Shown here: positions 1 through 13,074 of the stretch, piece after piece
How positions within the stretch are numbered: the stretch's first letter is position 1
Layout: each line of letters opens with the position of its first letter
From: Hydrolagus colliei
Lineage: Eukaryota
Length of the DNA: 64,000 bases
Reading direction: 5' to 3'
Assembly: GCA_035084275.1 (NCBI GenBank)
Contig: CM068778.1
Span: 1,054,001 to 1,118,000, forward strand
Position numbers and translations under genes: made by a program
The notes under the pieces: generated by a model
The model's database searches: none
What the model saw: the letters and a program-made list of their open reading frames with translations, nothing else
Told to the model about the DNA's origin: nothing

Positions 1-254
1 AGCTGAGGAGAAATTTTTTCACTCAGCGAGTTGTTCGAATCTGGAATGCATTGCCTGAAAAGGTGGTGGAGGCTGATTCGATAACAACTTTTAAAAGGGA
101 ATTAGATCTTTATTTAGGGAGAACAGGTCTATTAGGCTATGGGGAGCGGGCAGGGCAGTGGGATTGAATCGCTCTTTTCAAAGAGCCGGCACAGACTAGA
201 TGGGCCGAATGGCCTCCTTTTGTGCCGTAAAATTCTATGAATCTATGAATCTAT
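1..254 (+). mobile_element. CR1 LINE 3' end with (ATTCTATG)-type tail
   Basis: Essentially the exact reverse complement of 9682-9917, the 3' end of the long CR1; ends in attctatgaatctatgaatctat repeats. Confidence 0.9.
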
Positions 255-269
255 ATAGTGATAAACCGG

Positions 270-375
270 GTAGGTGGAGCTGGAATAGATCAGCCAGAAT
301 CTTATTGAATAGTAGTACAGGCTCGAGGGTCCGAATGGCCTACTCCTGCTCCTAATTCTTATGTTCTTATGTTCG
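270..375 (+). mobile_element. Second CR1-family 3' end fragment
   Basis: ggctcgagggtccgaatggcctactcctgctcct stem followed by a (ttcttatg) tail; related inverted fragments lie near 20470, 21030, 30040, 30595 and 62335. Confidence 0.7.
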
Positions 376-769
376 AACATGCCATGCCTCCAGAGATTTG
401 GTTAGGTGAACTCAGTCGTATTTTTAAATTTGTATCAATTGGCTTATATTACCTTCAAAAAACAACCTTAGATTTCCTGAAATCTGCCATGCTATCTATC
501 TTGGCCTCATAGTAACACACAATAGGAACCACATGTCTAATCATGAAAACGTAACCACTTAATGCATCTAAGTACATTTTCATTTTTACTGTCAACGATT
601 GTCAGTGAATCAGCAGCTGTAGCTTCATTGTAATCTTCAACTACAATAATATATTTGCAGTATATTCTGTGGATCCCATTGACACTTACAGAAGGTGTGA
701 AAAGCACTTTATTAAATGCAAGGATTATCATAATTTATTATATTGCTCTCCACTCTCACTGATACATTC

Positions 770-1800
770 TTTACAAATGCCGTGTGCATAGAATCCACTG
801 TGCGACGTCCGAAGGCACTTGGGCGGACATACCAAGGCGCTGAACGATCAGGTCAGCACCCGAGCAGTGGGGGAAGGGTCGGGGTAGGGGGAAGGGGAAG
901 GAGAGTAAGAGAGGGGGGAGAGTTAGGAGGGCAGCAGAAGAGAAAGTTCTTGAGACCGACGTAGTAGTAGGAAAGTGAGGCAAAGGGATTGCAGGATGGA
1001 GTTCTACGGTGTTGGAGCAGAGAGGCTAAAAGCGCGGCCACCGATGGTGGGGCAGTTAGGTCGGTGAGCGTGGAGCAGGCCAGAGCCTGCTGAGTGGAGA
1101 GGATGGGCAGGCTGATGGGGAGACAGCAGGTCAGAAGGATAGATGGGGACAAGGCTTCGAATGGCCTTGAAGGTGGGGATGAGGATCTTGAATTCGATCC
1201 TCTGGGGAATGGGGAGCCAGTGGAGATGGGTGTGAGTGTGAGTGAAGTGGTCGCAGAATCAAATGCGGGAGAGCACACGAGCTGCAGAGTTCTGAATAAC
1301 CTGTAGCTTGTGAAGGGAGGAGCTGGTAAGGCCGATGAGGAGAGAGTTCCCATAATCCAGCCTAGATATGATGAAGGCATGTTTCAGTGTTTTGGCAGCA
1401 TGGGGGGGTGAGGCAGTTGTGGAGTCTGTCAATGTTATGGAGGTGGCAGAAGGCTGTACCAGTGATGGTGTGGATATGAGGGAGGAAGGACAGTTCGGGT
1501 TCAAACAAGATGCCCAGATTCCTGACTGGCTTCGAGAGGTGGAGAGAGCAGCCTTGAATGTTGATGGTGTCAGCACCTGAGGTGTGGAGGCGCTGAAGCG
1601 ATCTGATCAGGAGGGCCTCCATCTTGTTAATGTTAAGTGGGAGGAAAGTGGACCTCATCTAGGACTCAGTGTCGGACAGACACACAGCCAGTATTACTGG
1701 AATCGAGGGTGGACGCGGAAAGGTACAGTTGGGTGTCATCCGCATAGATGTGGAAATTTACCCCGTGTCTGTGGGTGATGTCACCCAGGGGGAGCATGTA
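770..1800 (-). mobile_element. Degenerate L2 LINE, RT C-terminal part
   Basis: Frameshifted peptides such as ISRLDYGNSLLIGL..LHKLQVIQNSAARVLSR are typical of L2 ORF2. Confidence 0.85.
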
Positions 1801-1804
1801 TCGG

Positions 1805-1946
1805 GTGAAAAGCAAAATACTGCAGATGCTGGAAATCTGAAACAAAACTAAAAATGTCTGGGAACACTCAGCAGGTCAGGCAGCATCTACGGAGCAAGGA
1901 AAAGTGAGTCAACTTTTCAGGTCTACGACCATTCATCAGAACTGGA
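1805..1946 (-). mobile_element. Penelope-like terminal repeat fragment with a degenerate hammerhead core
   Basis: Minus strand reads AGTT-CTGATGA-ATGGTC-GTA-GACCT-GAAA-AGTT-GACT (1943-1907). The family assignment is from recognition only. Confidence 0.5.
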
Positions 1947-2336
1947 GTGAATATTGGGAACTGCGGGAGATTATGTAGCTAAAACCTCAAAGCTGACAAG
2001 AGAAAGAACCCAGGAGTGGAACTTTAACTAAAGTGAGTTTCTTTTTATGTTGGTGCCAAAAATACCCATAAGAAAGTGAATATTTAGTTCACGGCTGTTT
2101 GTTGTGGGCAAATTGGTGCAGCGTTCCCCCAGATATACAAGGTGACCACATCCGTCAATCAAAAATAATCTTATGAAGTTCTTGGAGTTGTCTGGACAAT
2201 GTAATAACACACTGTCCCACTGTATGAAATGAGGGAAATCAAATCAAATCGAAGGACACTTATAATTATGGAAAATATAACAAAGGAATCAACTGCAGGC
2301 AAGATTTACTCCCAATCAGTCAATTTTCATTTGTCA

Positions 2337-2420
2337 GTAGTTGTGGCCGAGTGGTTAAGGCGATAAGACTAGAAATCCATTGGGAAACTTCCCGAGTATG
2401 TTTGAATCCTGCCGACTACG
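2337..2420 (+). tRNA. tRNA-Ser(AGA): tRNA-Ser(AGA), degenerate and probably a pseudogene
   Basis: GTAGTTGTGGCCGAGTGGTTAAGGCG..CTAGAAATCCATT..AATCCTGCCGACTACG; the anticodon stem is mismatched and the T-loop reads TTTGA. Confidence 0.85.
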
Positions 2421-2794
2421 TACATTGCCCACTGTTACTATCATTGTGCCACTGATTGTAGGAAAATGTTCACATTTATAATGATCGTACATTGTGGAAC
2501 CCTGTAGTGGAGACGTGATGGAGAGGAGACTTTCCCCTTGACCAATGAAAAGTTATCCTCACTGAAAGATTTCTTTCATGATACTGTTATTCAATTTATT
2601 TGAGACCAGGACATCAGGTGAGATAGGTTGATGGTAACAACTTTCCAAAACTTATTGAGAATTTGTTTTTTCGGTTCATTTTTATTGTCGAGTTTTCATA
2701 AGATTCATCACTTTCTCAAAATAGAACAAGGCAATGGTTATAGAAACAAAACAGCAATCACTGGGAACACTCAGCAGTCCGTGTTTATTTTAGT

Positions 2795-3538
2795 TTGGAA
2801 CCTCGGCGTCACGTTTGACCATAAACTCTCCTTCCTCCCCCACATCCGTGCCTTCACCGGCACCACTTATTTGCACCTGCGCAACATTGCCAGGCTCCGC
2901 AACTACCTCACCCCCCATGCTGCCGAAACACTCGTGCATGCATACATCACCTCACGGCTGGCCTACGGCAACTCTCTCCTCGTCGGCCTCCCCAGTTCCT
3001 CCATTCACAGGCTGCAGGTCATCCAAATCTCTGCAGACCGTGTTCTATCTCGCACCTGCCTTCGCGACCACATAACCCTCACCCTCGCCCGTCTCCACTG
3101 GCTCCCCACCCTCCAGAGGATCGAGTTCAAGATCCTCGTCCTCACCTTCAAGGCCTTACACGGCCTTGCCCTGCCCTACTTAACCAACTTACTCTCCCCC
3201 TATAAGCCCACCCGGACCCTCCGTTCAGCAGGTCTTGGCCTGCTGCAAGCCCCCCGCCCGAACCGCCCCACCAATGGAGGCCAGGCTTTCAGTTTTTCTG
3301 CTCCCACCCTGTGGAATTCCTTCCCCCAATCCCTCCATCTTGTTTCTTCCTTTTCTTCTTTCATGGCCGGTTTGAAGACTTTCCTCTTCGACCGTGCCTT
3401 TTGTTCCCCCCCGAATTTTTCGACCTCCCCTACATGTTTCACCGCTTCCCGAACACCCCCCTCCCAGCTCGGGTCACACGCCTCCTGTGCAGCACCTTGG
3501 GACGTCCTCCCGACATGAAAGGTGCTTTATAAGTTTAA

Positions 3539-3564
<26 letters not shown>
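2795..3564 (+). mobile_element. 5'-truncated L2 LINE with (TTG)n tail
   Basis: The L2 RT C-terminus is encoded within ORF 2628-3518; 3' motif ttgggacgtcctcccgac..gtgctttataa followed by (ttg)n. Confidence 0.9.
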
Positions 3565-3569
<5 letters not shown>

Positions 3570-3756
3570 GATGGTAAAGAGAAAGGCTGGGATTAGTTAG
3601 AGTTTAGCTCTCTTTACTGTAGTCGGCAAGACAGGAATATAAAAGTAATTTTCATAATACGTTTACACCATTATGTTTAAAATGAGAAAAGACAGCTGTG
3701 GTGTCTTGTTGGTGTTTGTAGGTGAAGGTTTAAACAACAAAATTAATATTCACAAA

Positions 3757-4053
3757 TAATAATAATAATCCTTGCATTTGATATAGCACTTTTCACTTCT
3801 TCTAGACGTCTCAAAGCACTTCACAGAATATACTGTAAAGTGGATTCTCTATCTATATATTTGTGAGCAAAATGCCAAATGCGTACAGCAATGTCCCACG
3901 AAGAGTCACTAATGTATTACTGGGTTTTTTAAATGATTATTATTAGGCTAGTGGAGAAAGGAAACTTGCCCAAGATTTCACACTGACCTGCCTGGAAGTG
4001 AACCCAGGTCTCTCACTTGTAAGGCAAGTGATCTAACCACTGAGCTGCAGGAC
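3757..4053 (-). mobile_element. tRNA-derived DeuSINE-like SINE (AmnSINE1/SacSINE1 type)
   Basis: Head gtcctgcagctcagtggttaga..cctgggttc, L2-like tail and (att)n. Many further copies, e.g. 8789, 21955-22380, 23460-23765, 24826-25292, 34300-34810, 38196-38660, 42340-42950, 47590-47850. Confidence 0.8.
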
Positions 4054-4519
4054 TCCATGATGGACGATGAGAACAGAAGAATAATTAAATGAAACAGGAA
4101 GAGCTGGACATTCTAATGACCTGATGCCTTTCCCATCCCCATTGTCAATTCCACAGTCACCCCCATATCACTCAATTAAAACTCTATCATAACCACCCTG
4201 ACATATCACTGAACTCCAATACTATAGTTCCCTTCCCCATATAGCACTGCACTGCACTGAAATCCTAGTTTGGCCTGGCTAATTTCAGACATTTTCATGG
4301 TCTATCAATCAAGCACATTATCCATGTTTGTTGATAGTTGGAATAATAGGCTGAGCTGTCTTTCTTCAAAATGAACCAATTTGCATGTCTAATAAATGTA
4401 AACTTGGACTTTAATATTCCAAGTAGTGTCTGATATGAAGAGTTCAACATAATTGGAAGTTGTTATTCTTGCTGTTGAAAACTAAAATGAGTTGCTGAAC
4501 CACAGAACATATTACAGTA

Positions 4520-4613
4520 GCTCTAGTGATGCAATAGGTTAGCGGGCGTGACATATATGTCAGAATTTGCTCGAGAAATGCCGAGGTTGTGAGTTCGATC
4601 CTAACCTAGACCA
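4520..4613 (+). tRNA. tRNA-Ile(TAT): tRNA-Ile(TAT), intron-containing, degenerate copy 1
   Basis: GCTCTAGTGATGCAATAGGTTAGC..ACATATA-intron-ATGCCGAGGTTGTGAGTTCGATCC, followed by a T5 terminator. Confidence 0.8.
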
Positions 4614-4988
4614 GGAGTTTTTATTGTTTTACTCCATTGATTTGCATCAGTGGACAACAGTGGTGGTCGCGGAGTAATATTTATGTGGTTATGATCCAGT
4701 GTGATGTTCTACAAAACCTGAATAAGCGTCCGTGACACAGTCCATCTTGCAGGGGGTAGATAAATAGTTATTGTTATAGTTATAGTTATAGTAATTTTGT
4801 TGTGGTTATGTCTGTTTGTGAACTCAGACTGTGGCCTCTGACTAATCAGCAGCATGTGATCATTTGTCTGGCAATTGGAGTTGAAGATCAAGATGAATTT
4901 TGATTAATGGGCAGGAAATCAACAAAGATCCCTTCAGATTCATAATGCCAATGTGTGTGTTGAAATGTCAGCTATGTGATGTATAAGT

Positions 4989-5020
4989 GGCTCATTGGTC
5001 CAGGGGTATGACTCTCACTT
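4989..5020 (+). pseudogene. 5' half of tRNA-Pro; further copies at 13328-13359 and 44218-44249
   Basis: GGCTC(A/G)TTGGTCCAGGGGTATGACTCTCACTT matches the tRNA-Pro 5' half and stops at the anticodon loop. Confidence 0.7.
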
Positions 5021-5964
5021 TAATATCAGAATTATTTGGACGACAGTAATGTACAGATTATGGGTGTAATAGAAACGCTCATTGAATCCAGAATCAAACA
5101 TTCCTGCAACAATCAAGAAACCTTCACGTTCAATGTTTCATGGAGCAGGAGTTTAGACTTTACAGATAGTTACTATATTTGGAAGGAAACTGTGCAATAT
5201 TGATATCTGCTCACAATATAAGTGTTTATCTAATCTTGTGAAACTCCAGTAAAGTACGATGTGACGCAAATATTGTACAAAAAAAGCATTTTAATTCAGA
5301 TGAGTAATATTTATATTAATATTTATATGTAAATAAATGTATACATCACAACAAAGCTTACATTTTGATGCACAGCTCACAACAATTGACATTGGCCAAA
5401 CCAATGTGCCAAACAGAAGGAGGATTAATGGCCAATTTATGTTTAATTTCACGTCCACGAAAGTATGCAGGTGCTGCTGCACAACTGCCCATTCGATCAG
5501 CAAAATGATACCCAGGTACTGCAGTAATGTAGTGTAAGAATTAATCTTGAATCTTCTTTCTTAGGAAGTGAAATATGGTGAGTCCAAGATCCACCGTCTT
5601 CATTTTTCTCCCTCGTCTTTATTCTTCACGTCGATCCCTCATTTTATGTTTTGTGTTAAACTTTGAAACCTACTTTCTTCTGCAAGAGGACTTTTCTGCA
5701 AAATCAAAGTTACACAGCTGTCTCTACAGCTGCTGACTATCACTCATTGAGAAAGACAACAATAAGAAATCAAAAAACTATTTGTTATCTAGAATGTGTC
5801 GAGAATCATTTCATTTACATCTTTTTGCTCCTACTGTGATGCCATCATAAGCGATCGATCACATGACTCAAATATATATTGTTAATGTAATGGATATATT
5901 AATGTGACACACTAATTACAGATCCTACAGTAATGTTGGAAGGTTTCCCTGTTTGCGAAGATAT

Positions 5965-8900
5965 TCACCAATGTTGCTGATGTTCAGCCGTATTTGTTGC
6001 CAACTTCTTTCCTACCTTGTGTTGATGATATTTTATCATGAATTTAGCAATGCTATGAAAGGGATAAACCAACCCTTTCTTAAACTCCTCTCTGAACTTA
6101 GTCTGAGTTAATGCATAGATACAGGTGTTTGCACAGCAACTCAACCTTTGCAGCATGATCCCAGTTTCTTGGAGAATATATCGGGTGCTATTGACAAATG
6201 TTTTGCTATAAGTCAAATTGGAAACTTGCCATATGAATGAATGTAGAACAAAGGTTACCCACAAAATTATAAAAGTGCCTGATATGGCGAACAGTAAAAC
6301 AACAGATTTTTTTCGGGTTTTCAACTCAGGATCATTTGTTTTCTCAGCATTTCTCTGACCCTGAAGCCTCCTGCGGACTTTGCTAGCCACCAGAATGTGT
6401 CTGATAACCACAGCATTGAACAGGCCAATCACAGCAAACACAAACAGTGGATTAAAAACACGGAGAAACCTTTCATATAATTTCCAGGTGAGCAACGTGT
6501 AAATGTTTGGTTTGAAGATACAGTACCATGGGGTATTGTTAACTATCATCGCAGGATCAAATATAAAGTAACAAGGAATGCTGGCTGAGCAGCTAAAAAC
6601 AGACAGAGTCACAATAACCCCTGTGGCCGTTCTCTCCGTGCAATATATTGGCCTGAGATTTTGGCAGCAAATGGCAACAAATCGATCAACACTGAAAGCA
6701 ACTGTGAACCACAAAGACATGAAGATGGCTGCAGTCCTCAACACAACACTGAAACTACACACTGGAGTGTAGAATAAGAAAGTTAATGGGAAATACAGAT
6801 TGTTAATTTTGATTAACAACACATCCACGAGGACAACGAGCAGATCCGAGGCTGCCATGGCCACCAGATAGCGAGTGATGCACTTAGAGAGACCACAGTT
6901 TCCTCTTGACAGGATCACAATCGCCACCAAATTAACTGCGTGAACGATAGAAAACAGGGAAAATTATTCATCTGAGTACAGGAGTGGGATTACCAGTTGA
7001 TGGGTGTGTCATATTTTGTTGTTTGTATATTTCAGTTAATTCAATTAATTCAGAACATTGTCCATATCTCAATCGTGTAACAAACCCGTTCATAAAGTTT
7101 GGATTTCTGGACTTGATGTAAGGAAGCCTGCACCAAACAATCAGCAAAATTATTTCACCTGATTACTTTCCAAAGCGTTGCTCTCAAACATCATCCTAGT
7201 TCACCTCTGGTTGCTGAATGGACAGGTGGCGGCCTCTGAACACACCTGGCTGAAATCTGGTCTAACAATAATACACTGGTATATCTGACTGCACCACATC
7301 AAAATCTATCACTGTGCTCTGGTCTCTGCCAAATCGTAATTCTACTCCAGGATAATCCTTGAGTTGAAGGATAACTACAAGTCCTTGTTCTCCGCAAGAA
7401 ACCGGCTACTCTGCCCTCCCCGTCACGCCTCTCAGATCCTCTCCTCCAACTCCCACTGCGAGGAGAAACTGGATTTCCACGAGTACAAAATCGAGGGAAT
7501 CCAATCAGGTATCACCACTTGTCCAACTTCCAACCCATCCACACCTCACCACCACACCACAGCGTCTACCCATCCATTCTTCCGCACCTTTGAACCTGTC
7601 TCCCCATACTCTGTCATCACCACCATATCCTCCATGAAGCCCACTACCTGTTCCCTCCATCCCCACCTCTCCTTACCTCCCAGCTCCACCTCCGTGCCTC
7701 TCCACTTGCTGATAAAGTCCACCTGTCCCTTTCAACTGACATTATTCTGACCCGCTTCAAAACAACCAACATCACCCCCATCCTCTCATAGCCAGTCAGG
7801 AACCCGGGCGTCTAGTTCGAAAGTGACCTGTCTTTCCTCCCCCATATCCACACCATGACCTGTACGCCCTTCCACCACCTTCGCAACATTGCCAGACTCC
7901 ACCATTGCCACACACCTCAGGCTGCCGAAACCCTTAACCATGGATTCATCACATCAAGGCTCACCTATGGAAGCTTCCTCCTCGATGTCCTTCCTGGCTC
8001 TTCCCTTCACAAGCTGCAGATCATGCAGAATTCTGCATCTCATGTCCTCTCCCACACCAAGCTCAACGACCACAAAACTCCTACCGTTCCCCGTCTTCAT
8101 CCCCAAATAATCGAATTCAAGGTGCTCGTCCTCACTTTCAAGGCCATTCACGACGTCACCCCTACTATCTCTCTGACCTGCTGTCCACTTATGAATGTCC
8201 CTGCCCCTTCCATTCAGTGAACTCCAGTCTGCTTCATATCCCATGCCCGACCCGCCCTATGCTCACTGGATGGGCTTTCAGCTTCTCTGCCACTACACGC
8301 TAAAATTCCATCCCATATTTCCTTCACCTTGCTTCTTCCCTGGCCTACTTCAAGGTTGGTATCAAGACCCTACTCTTCGACCATGCCTTCTGCTGCCCCA
8401 GTAACTCACTCCTGCCCATCCCCGCTACCCTACCCCTGTCTCTTGCTCATGATCCAACCTGGCTGTTCAGTGCCTTGGGACGTCCTCTGGATGTGAAAGA
8501 CAACAATTAAATTTTGTTGTTGTTGTAATGTTCAAATCCCAGACAAATGGCTCAACAATAGGAAAGTATAATTAATCGGTGCCTTCCACAAATAACGCAG
8601 CGACGCTGAATGCTGCAAATTATGTGTCCTTTTTTTATTCTGTTTTATTGCGAGTCAGAAAAGTTAGTATGGAATCATATATATTTACAAGCAAATTTAG
8701 ATTTTTGGGTCTTTGTGTCTGCACTAGCTCTCAGATCAAGTTATATATTCAGATTCACAGCCCTGAATATCCCCATTTCTGAAGCCAAGTCCTGTAGCTA
8801 ATTAACTAGAGCTCAAGCAATGCATCTGAGTTCGATTCCAGGCAGGTCAGGGTGAAACTTTGGCAAGTTTCCTTACTCCACATGCTGGTAACGATCCTTC

Positions 8901-9195
8901 ATCAAAAGATAATAAAATTGGTCATTTTCATTCATGATAGTTTGTAGGACACTAAAACACACAACTGGTTTTCTACTTTTGCCGACAAACACAAACACAT
9001 TTCACTTGACAGCATATTCTTTGAGTTGCTTTGAGATTTCTAGAAAACATGACAGAGGGCCATATCAAGTGACAATTGCACTCGTCTCTTCACGATTGCC
9101 ACAACATGAAAACAATTAGAATTACCCGGAATTGCAAATGCTGCCAGAATGGGGTAGTAAATAGCTACTACAGCGTACACTGTTGGAAATTCCAT
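5965..9195 (-). CDS. Class A GPCR, GPR139-like family; exon 1 9195-9126, exon 2 6935-5965, about 346 aa, intact
   Basis: Phase-1 GT-AG intron joins MEFPTVYAVVAIYYPILAAFAIP to VNLVAIVILSRGNCGLSKCITRYLVAMA; seven hydrophobic segments, a DRF motif and NTCIY in TM7. Confidence 0.9.
7140..8525 (+). mobile_element. Degenerate L2 LINE in the GPCR intron
   Basis: Fragmented L2 ORF2 peptides (HHLRNIARL, LQIMQNSA, IEFKVLVLTFKA) and a gttgttgttg tail. Confidence 0.8.
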
Positions 9196-9681
9196 GCCCT
9201 GTTTCACATGTTTTCCTGCTGAAGTGGAGGCTTGAATGAAATTAATGAACTCACACTGAAATAAATCTGTACTTATAGCAAATGTGAAGTTACCACTTGA
9301 ATAATTAATGCAGTTAATGCAATTAGTTCCAGACCAGTGAACAAACAAGAGTGTTTTCACATGAGAATTGCACACTGCAGTGTAATCTGTGGCTTGTGGC
9401 ACAAGGACACTTACTAAATGTGTCATCCTGCTGGGAATCGAACCCAGGTCACTGGCTTAGTAGGCGAGTGCTCTGACCACTGAGCTACATGAATTCACAA
9501 TGTAAAAGTTATTTTATTTTTCAGGCAAATTATTTATTTAATTGACAATCCCCAAAACAAACTTAGATTTCCTGAACTCTGCCATGCTATCTATCTTGGC
9601 CTCATAGTAACACACAAAAGGAACCACAGAGTCAGAGGATCCTCTGTCTAATCATGATAACGTAACCACTTAATGCAACTA

Positions 9682-12178
9682 AGAATTTTACGGCACAAAA
9701 GGAGGCCATTCGGCCCATCTAGTCTGTGCCGGCTCTTTGAAAAGAGCGATTCAATCCCACTGCCCTGCCCGCTCCCCATAGCCTAATAGACCTGTTCTCC
9801 CTAAATAAAGATCTAATTCCCTTTTAAAAGTTGTTATCGAATCAGCCTCCACCACCTTTTCAGGCAATGCATTCCAGATTCGAACAACTCGCTGAGTGAA
9901 AAAATTTCTCCTCAGCTCCCCTCAACTTCACCTTGAAACTATTTTAAATCTGTGACCACGAGTCACAGAATCGCCCACGAGTGGAAATAGTTTTTCTCTA
10001 TTTGCCCTGTCGAAACCCCTCATGATCTTATAAACCTCTATTAGGTCTCCCCTCAATCTTCTCTGCTCCAGAGAGAATAACCCTAGCCTATCTAGCCTCT
10101 CCTCATAGCTGAAGTCCCTCAATCCTGGCACCATCCTAGTAAATCTTCGTTGTACCCTTTCCAATGCCTTCACATCCTTTCTGTAGTGTGGTGACCAGAA
10201 TTGAACACAGTATTCCAGCTGAGGCCTAACCAAAGTCTTATAGAGGTTTGTCAGCACTTCCTGACTTTTGTACTCTATACCCCTATTTATAAAGCCTAGT
10301 ATCTCATATGCCTTCTTAACAGCCTTGTCTACCTGTCCTGCCACCTTCAACGAGTCCCCAGGTCTCTCTGTTCATTCACACCATTTAAAATTGTACTATC
10401 TAGCCTATATTGCCTCCCTTCATTTCTTCTCCCAAAATGCATCACCTCACACTTCTCTGCATTAAACTTCATCTGCCATGTGTCTGCCCACTTTACCAAT
10501 TTGTCCATATCCTCTTGCAGATGGCTACTATCCTCCTCACTATTTACTATTCTCCCTAACTTAGTGTAATCTGCAAACTTGGAAACTGTACTCCGTACAC
10601 CCAAGTCCAGATCATTGATGTAGATTGCAAACAGCAATGGTCCCAAAACTGATCCCTGTGGCACACCACTGCTCACTTCCCTCCAGTCTGAAAAACAGCC
10701 GCTCACTACAACTCTCTGCTTTCTGTCTCGCAGCCAGTTGTGGATCCACGCTGCCACTGTCCCTTTTACGCCATGGGCCTTTAATTTCCTAATAAGTCTC
10801 TCATGTGGCACTTTGTCAAATGCCTTTTGAAAGTCCATGTAAACTACATCAACTGCGCTACCATTATCCACCCATTCCGTTACCTCATCAAAACATTCTA
10901 TCAGATTTGTAAGGCAAGATTTGCCTTTAACAAACCCATGTTGACTGTCCTTTATTAGCCTATATCTTTCTAAGTGAAGATCTACCTTGTCCCTGATTAT
11001 GGACTCTAGAAGTTTGCCCACTACCGACGTTAGACTGACTAGTCTGTAGTTACCAGGCTTGTCCTTCTGCCCCTTTTTGTACAAGGGAGTAACATTAGCT
11101 ATCCTCCAGTCCTCTGGCACGACCCCTGCGTCCAAGGAAGATTGAAAGATCGTGGCCAGAGTCCCTGCTATTTGCTCCCGTGCCTCCCTTAGTAACCTAG
11201 GGTGCATCCCATCCGGACCAGGTGACTTATCCACCTTGAGCGACGTCAACCTTTTTAGAACTTCCTCTCTGGTTATAATTATTCTATCCATTTCTCCTAC
11301 CCTCTCCTCCAATACCATGGCATTGGCTGTATCCTTTTCTTTTGTGAAGACAGAGGCGAAGTACTCATTCAGTACATCAGCCATGCCCTCTGCCTCCACC
11401 ATGAGATTTCCTCCTAGGTCCCTAATTGGCCCCACCCTATGCTTGATCAACCTTCTACTCTTAATATGTTGTTAAAAAACCTTAGGGTTCCCCTTAATCT
11501 TACTCGCTAATTGTTTTTCATGCAGTCTCTTTGACCCTCCAACTTCCTTTTAAGTTCTATCCTACACTTCCTATATTCTGCTTGGTTCCCTTCTGAATTT
11601 TGAGCCTGACACTTATCATAAGCCTCTTTTTTTTGTTTTATTTTGGCCCCGATTTCCTTAGTCATCCAGGGAGGTTTGGATGCCTTACATTTCACCTTTG
11701 TGGGGATGCTTTTGACCTATGCCTGAACTATCTCCTCTTTGAACGCTGCCCACTGCTCGTTAGTTGTCTTACCTGCCAATTTTTCTTTCCAATCCACCTT
11801 GGCTAGGTCCCACCTCAACTCATTGAAATTAGCTCTTTTCCAGTTGAGTGTCCTCACCTGTGATCGTTCCTTATCCCTTTCCATAATTATTCTGAATCTA
11901 ACGATATTGTGGTCACTATTCCCTAGATGCTCACCTACAGAAACCTGTTGAACTTGCCCTACCTCATTTCCCAAAACTAGATCCAGCAATGCTTCTTTCC
12001 TCGTTGGACTGGAAACATACTGATCAAGAAAGTTGTCCTGCACACACTTCATGAATTCTTCTCCCTCCTTGCCCTTTACTCTACTATTCTGCCAGTCTAT
12101 GTTGGGATAGTTGAAGTCACCCATTATCACTACTCTATTAGCTCTGCATTTCTCCGTGATACGCTGAATCAAAAATCG
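9682..12178 (-). mobile_element. CR1 LINE, 5'-truncated ORF2 (endonuclease and RT), frameshifted and internally deleted
   Basis: APE motifs MGDFNYPNIDW and SDH; RT motifs DFQKAFDKV, GVPQGSVLGP and FADYTK; C-terminal VRPQLEY; CR1 3' UTR. Confidence 0.95.
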
Positions 12179-12517
12179 ATCATAACCACACTGACATATC
12201 ACTGAACTCCAATACTATAGTTCTCTTCCCCATATAGCACTGTGCTGCACTGCACTAAAATCCTAGTTTGGCCTGACTAATTTCAGATGTTTTCATGGTC
12301 TATCAATCAAGCACATTATCCATGTTTGTTGATAATTGGAATAGTAGGCTGAGCTGTCTTTCTTCAAAATGAACCAATTTTCACGTCTAATAAATGTAAA
12401 CTCGGACTTTAATATTCCAATTTGTGTCTGATATGAAGAGTTCAACATAATTGGAAGTTGTCATTATTGCTGTTGAAAACTAAAATGAGATGCTGAACAA
12501 CAGAAAATATTACAGTA

Positions 12518-12611
12518 GCTCTAGTGGTGCAATAGGTTAGCACGCGGGACTTAAGTGGCAGTACTTGCTCGAGAAATGCCGACGTTGTGAGTTCGATCCT
12601 CACCTAGACCA
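12518..12611 (+). tRNA. tRNA-Ile-type gene, copy 2, with the anticodon reading TAA
   Basis: Paralog of 43418-43511, but the loop reads CTTAAGT instead of CTTATAT. Confidence 0.75.
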
Positions 12612-13003
12612 GGAGTTTTTATTGTTTTACTCCCTTGATTTGCATCAGTGGACAACAGTGGTGGTCGCCGAGTAATATTGTTGTGGTTATGATCAAGTGC
12701 GATGTTCTACAAAACCTGAATCAGCGTCCGAGACACAGTCCATCTTGCAGGGGGAAGATACATAGTTATTGTTATTGTTGTTGTTGAAGTTGATTCAATT
12801 TAATTTCAAGTGAAAATCCTACAAAGAGATGTTGAATGATAAGGCAGGAGGGTGACACAGGAGGGTGGAATCGCAGGTATTGTGTGAGTTATTTCACCCG
12901 AGCTACACCGACAGTCTGACACTACATTAAATAAAAAGCTCGCAAGAAAACCAATTAATTTGTTGGCAGTTTGCAAAGAAAATATGTGAGAATATATTTG
13001 ACC

Positions 13004-13074
13004 TCCCATGTGGCTAGCGGTTAGGATTCCTGGTTTTCAACCACGTGGCCCGGGTTCGACTCCTGGTATGGGAA
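13004..13074 (+). tRNA. tRNA-Glu(TTC): tRNA-Glu(TTC), degenerate copy
   Basis: TCCCATGTGGCTAGCGGTTAGGATTCCTGGTTTTCAACCACG..GGTTCGACTCCTGGTATGGGAA; 1-nt deletion in the D arm. Confidence 0.85.

Noticed and set aside
2628-3518. 296-aa ORF as a host gene
   Set aside because: It is an L2 RT C-terminus opened by chance upstream sequence; the same applies to the other L2 and CR1 ORFs.
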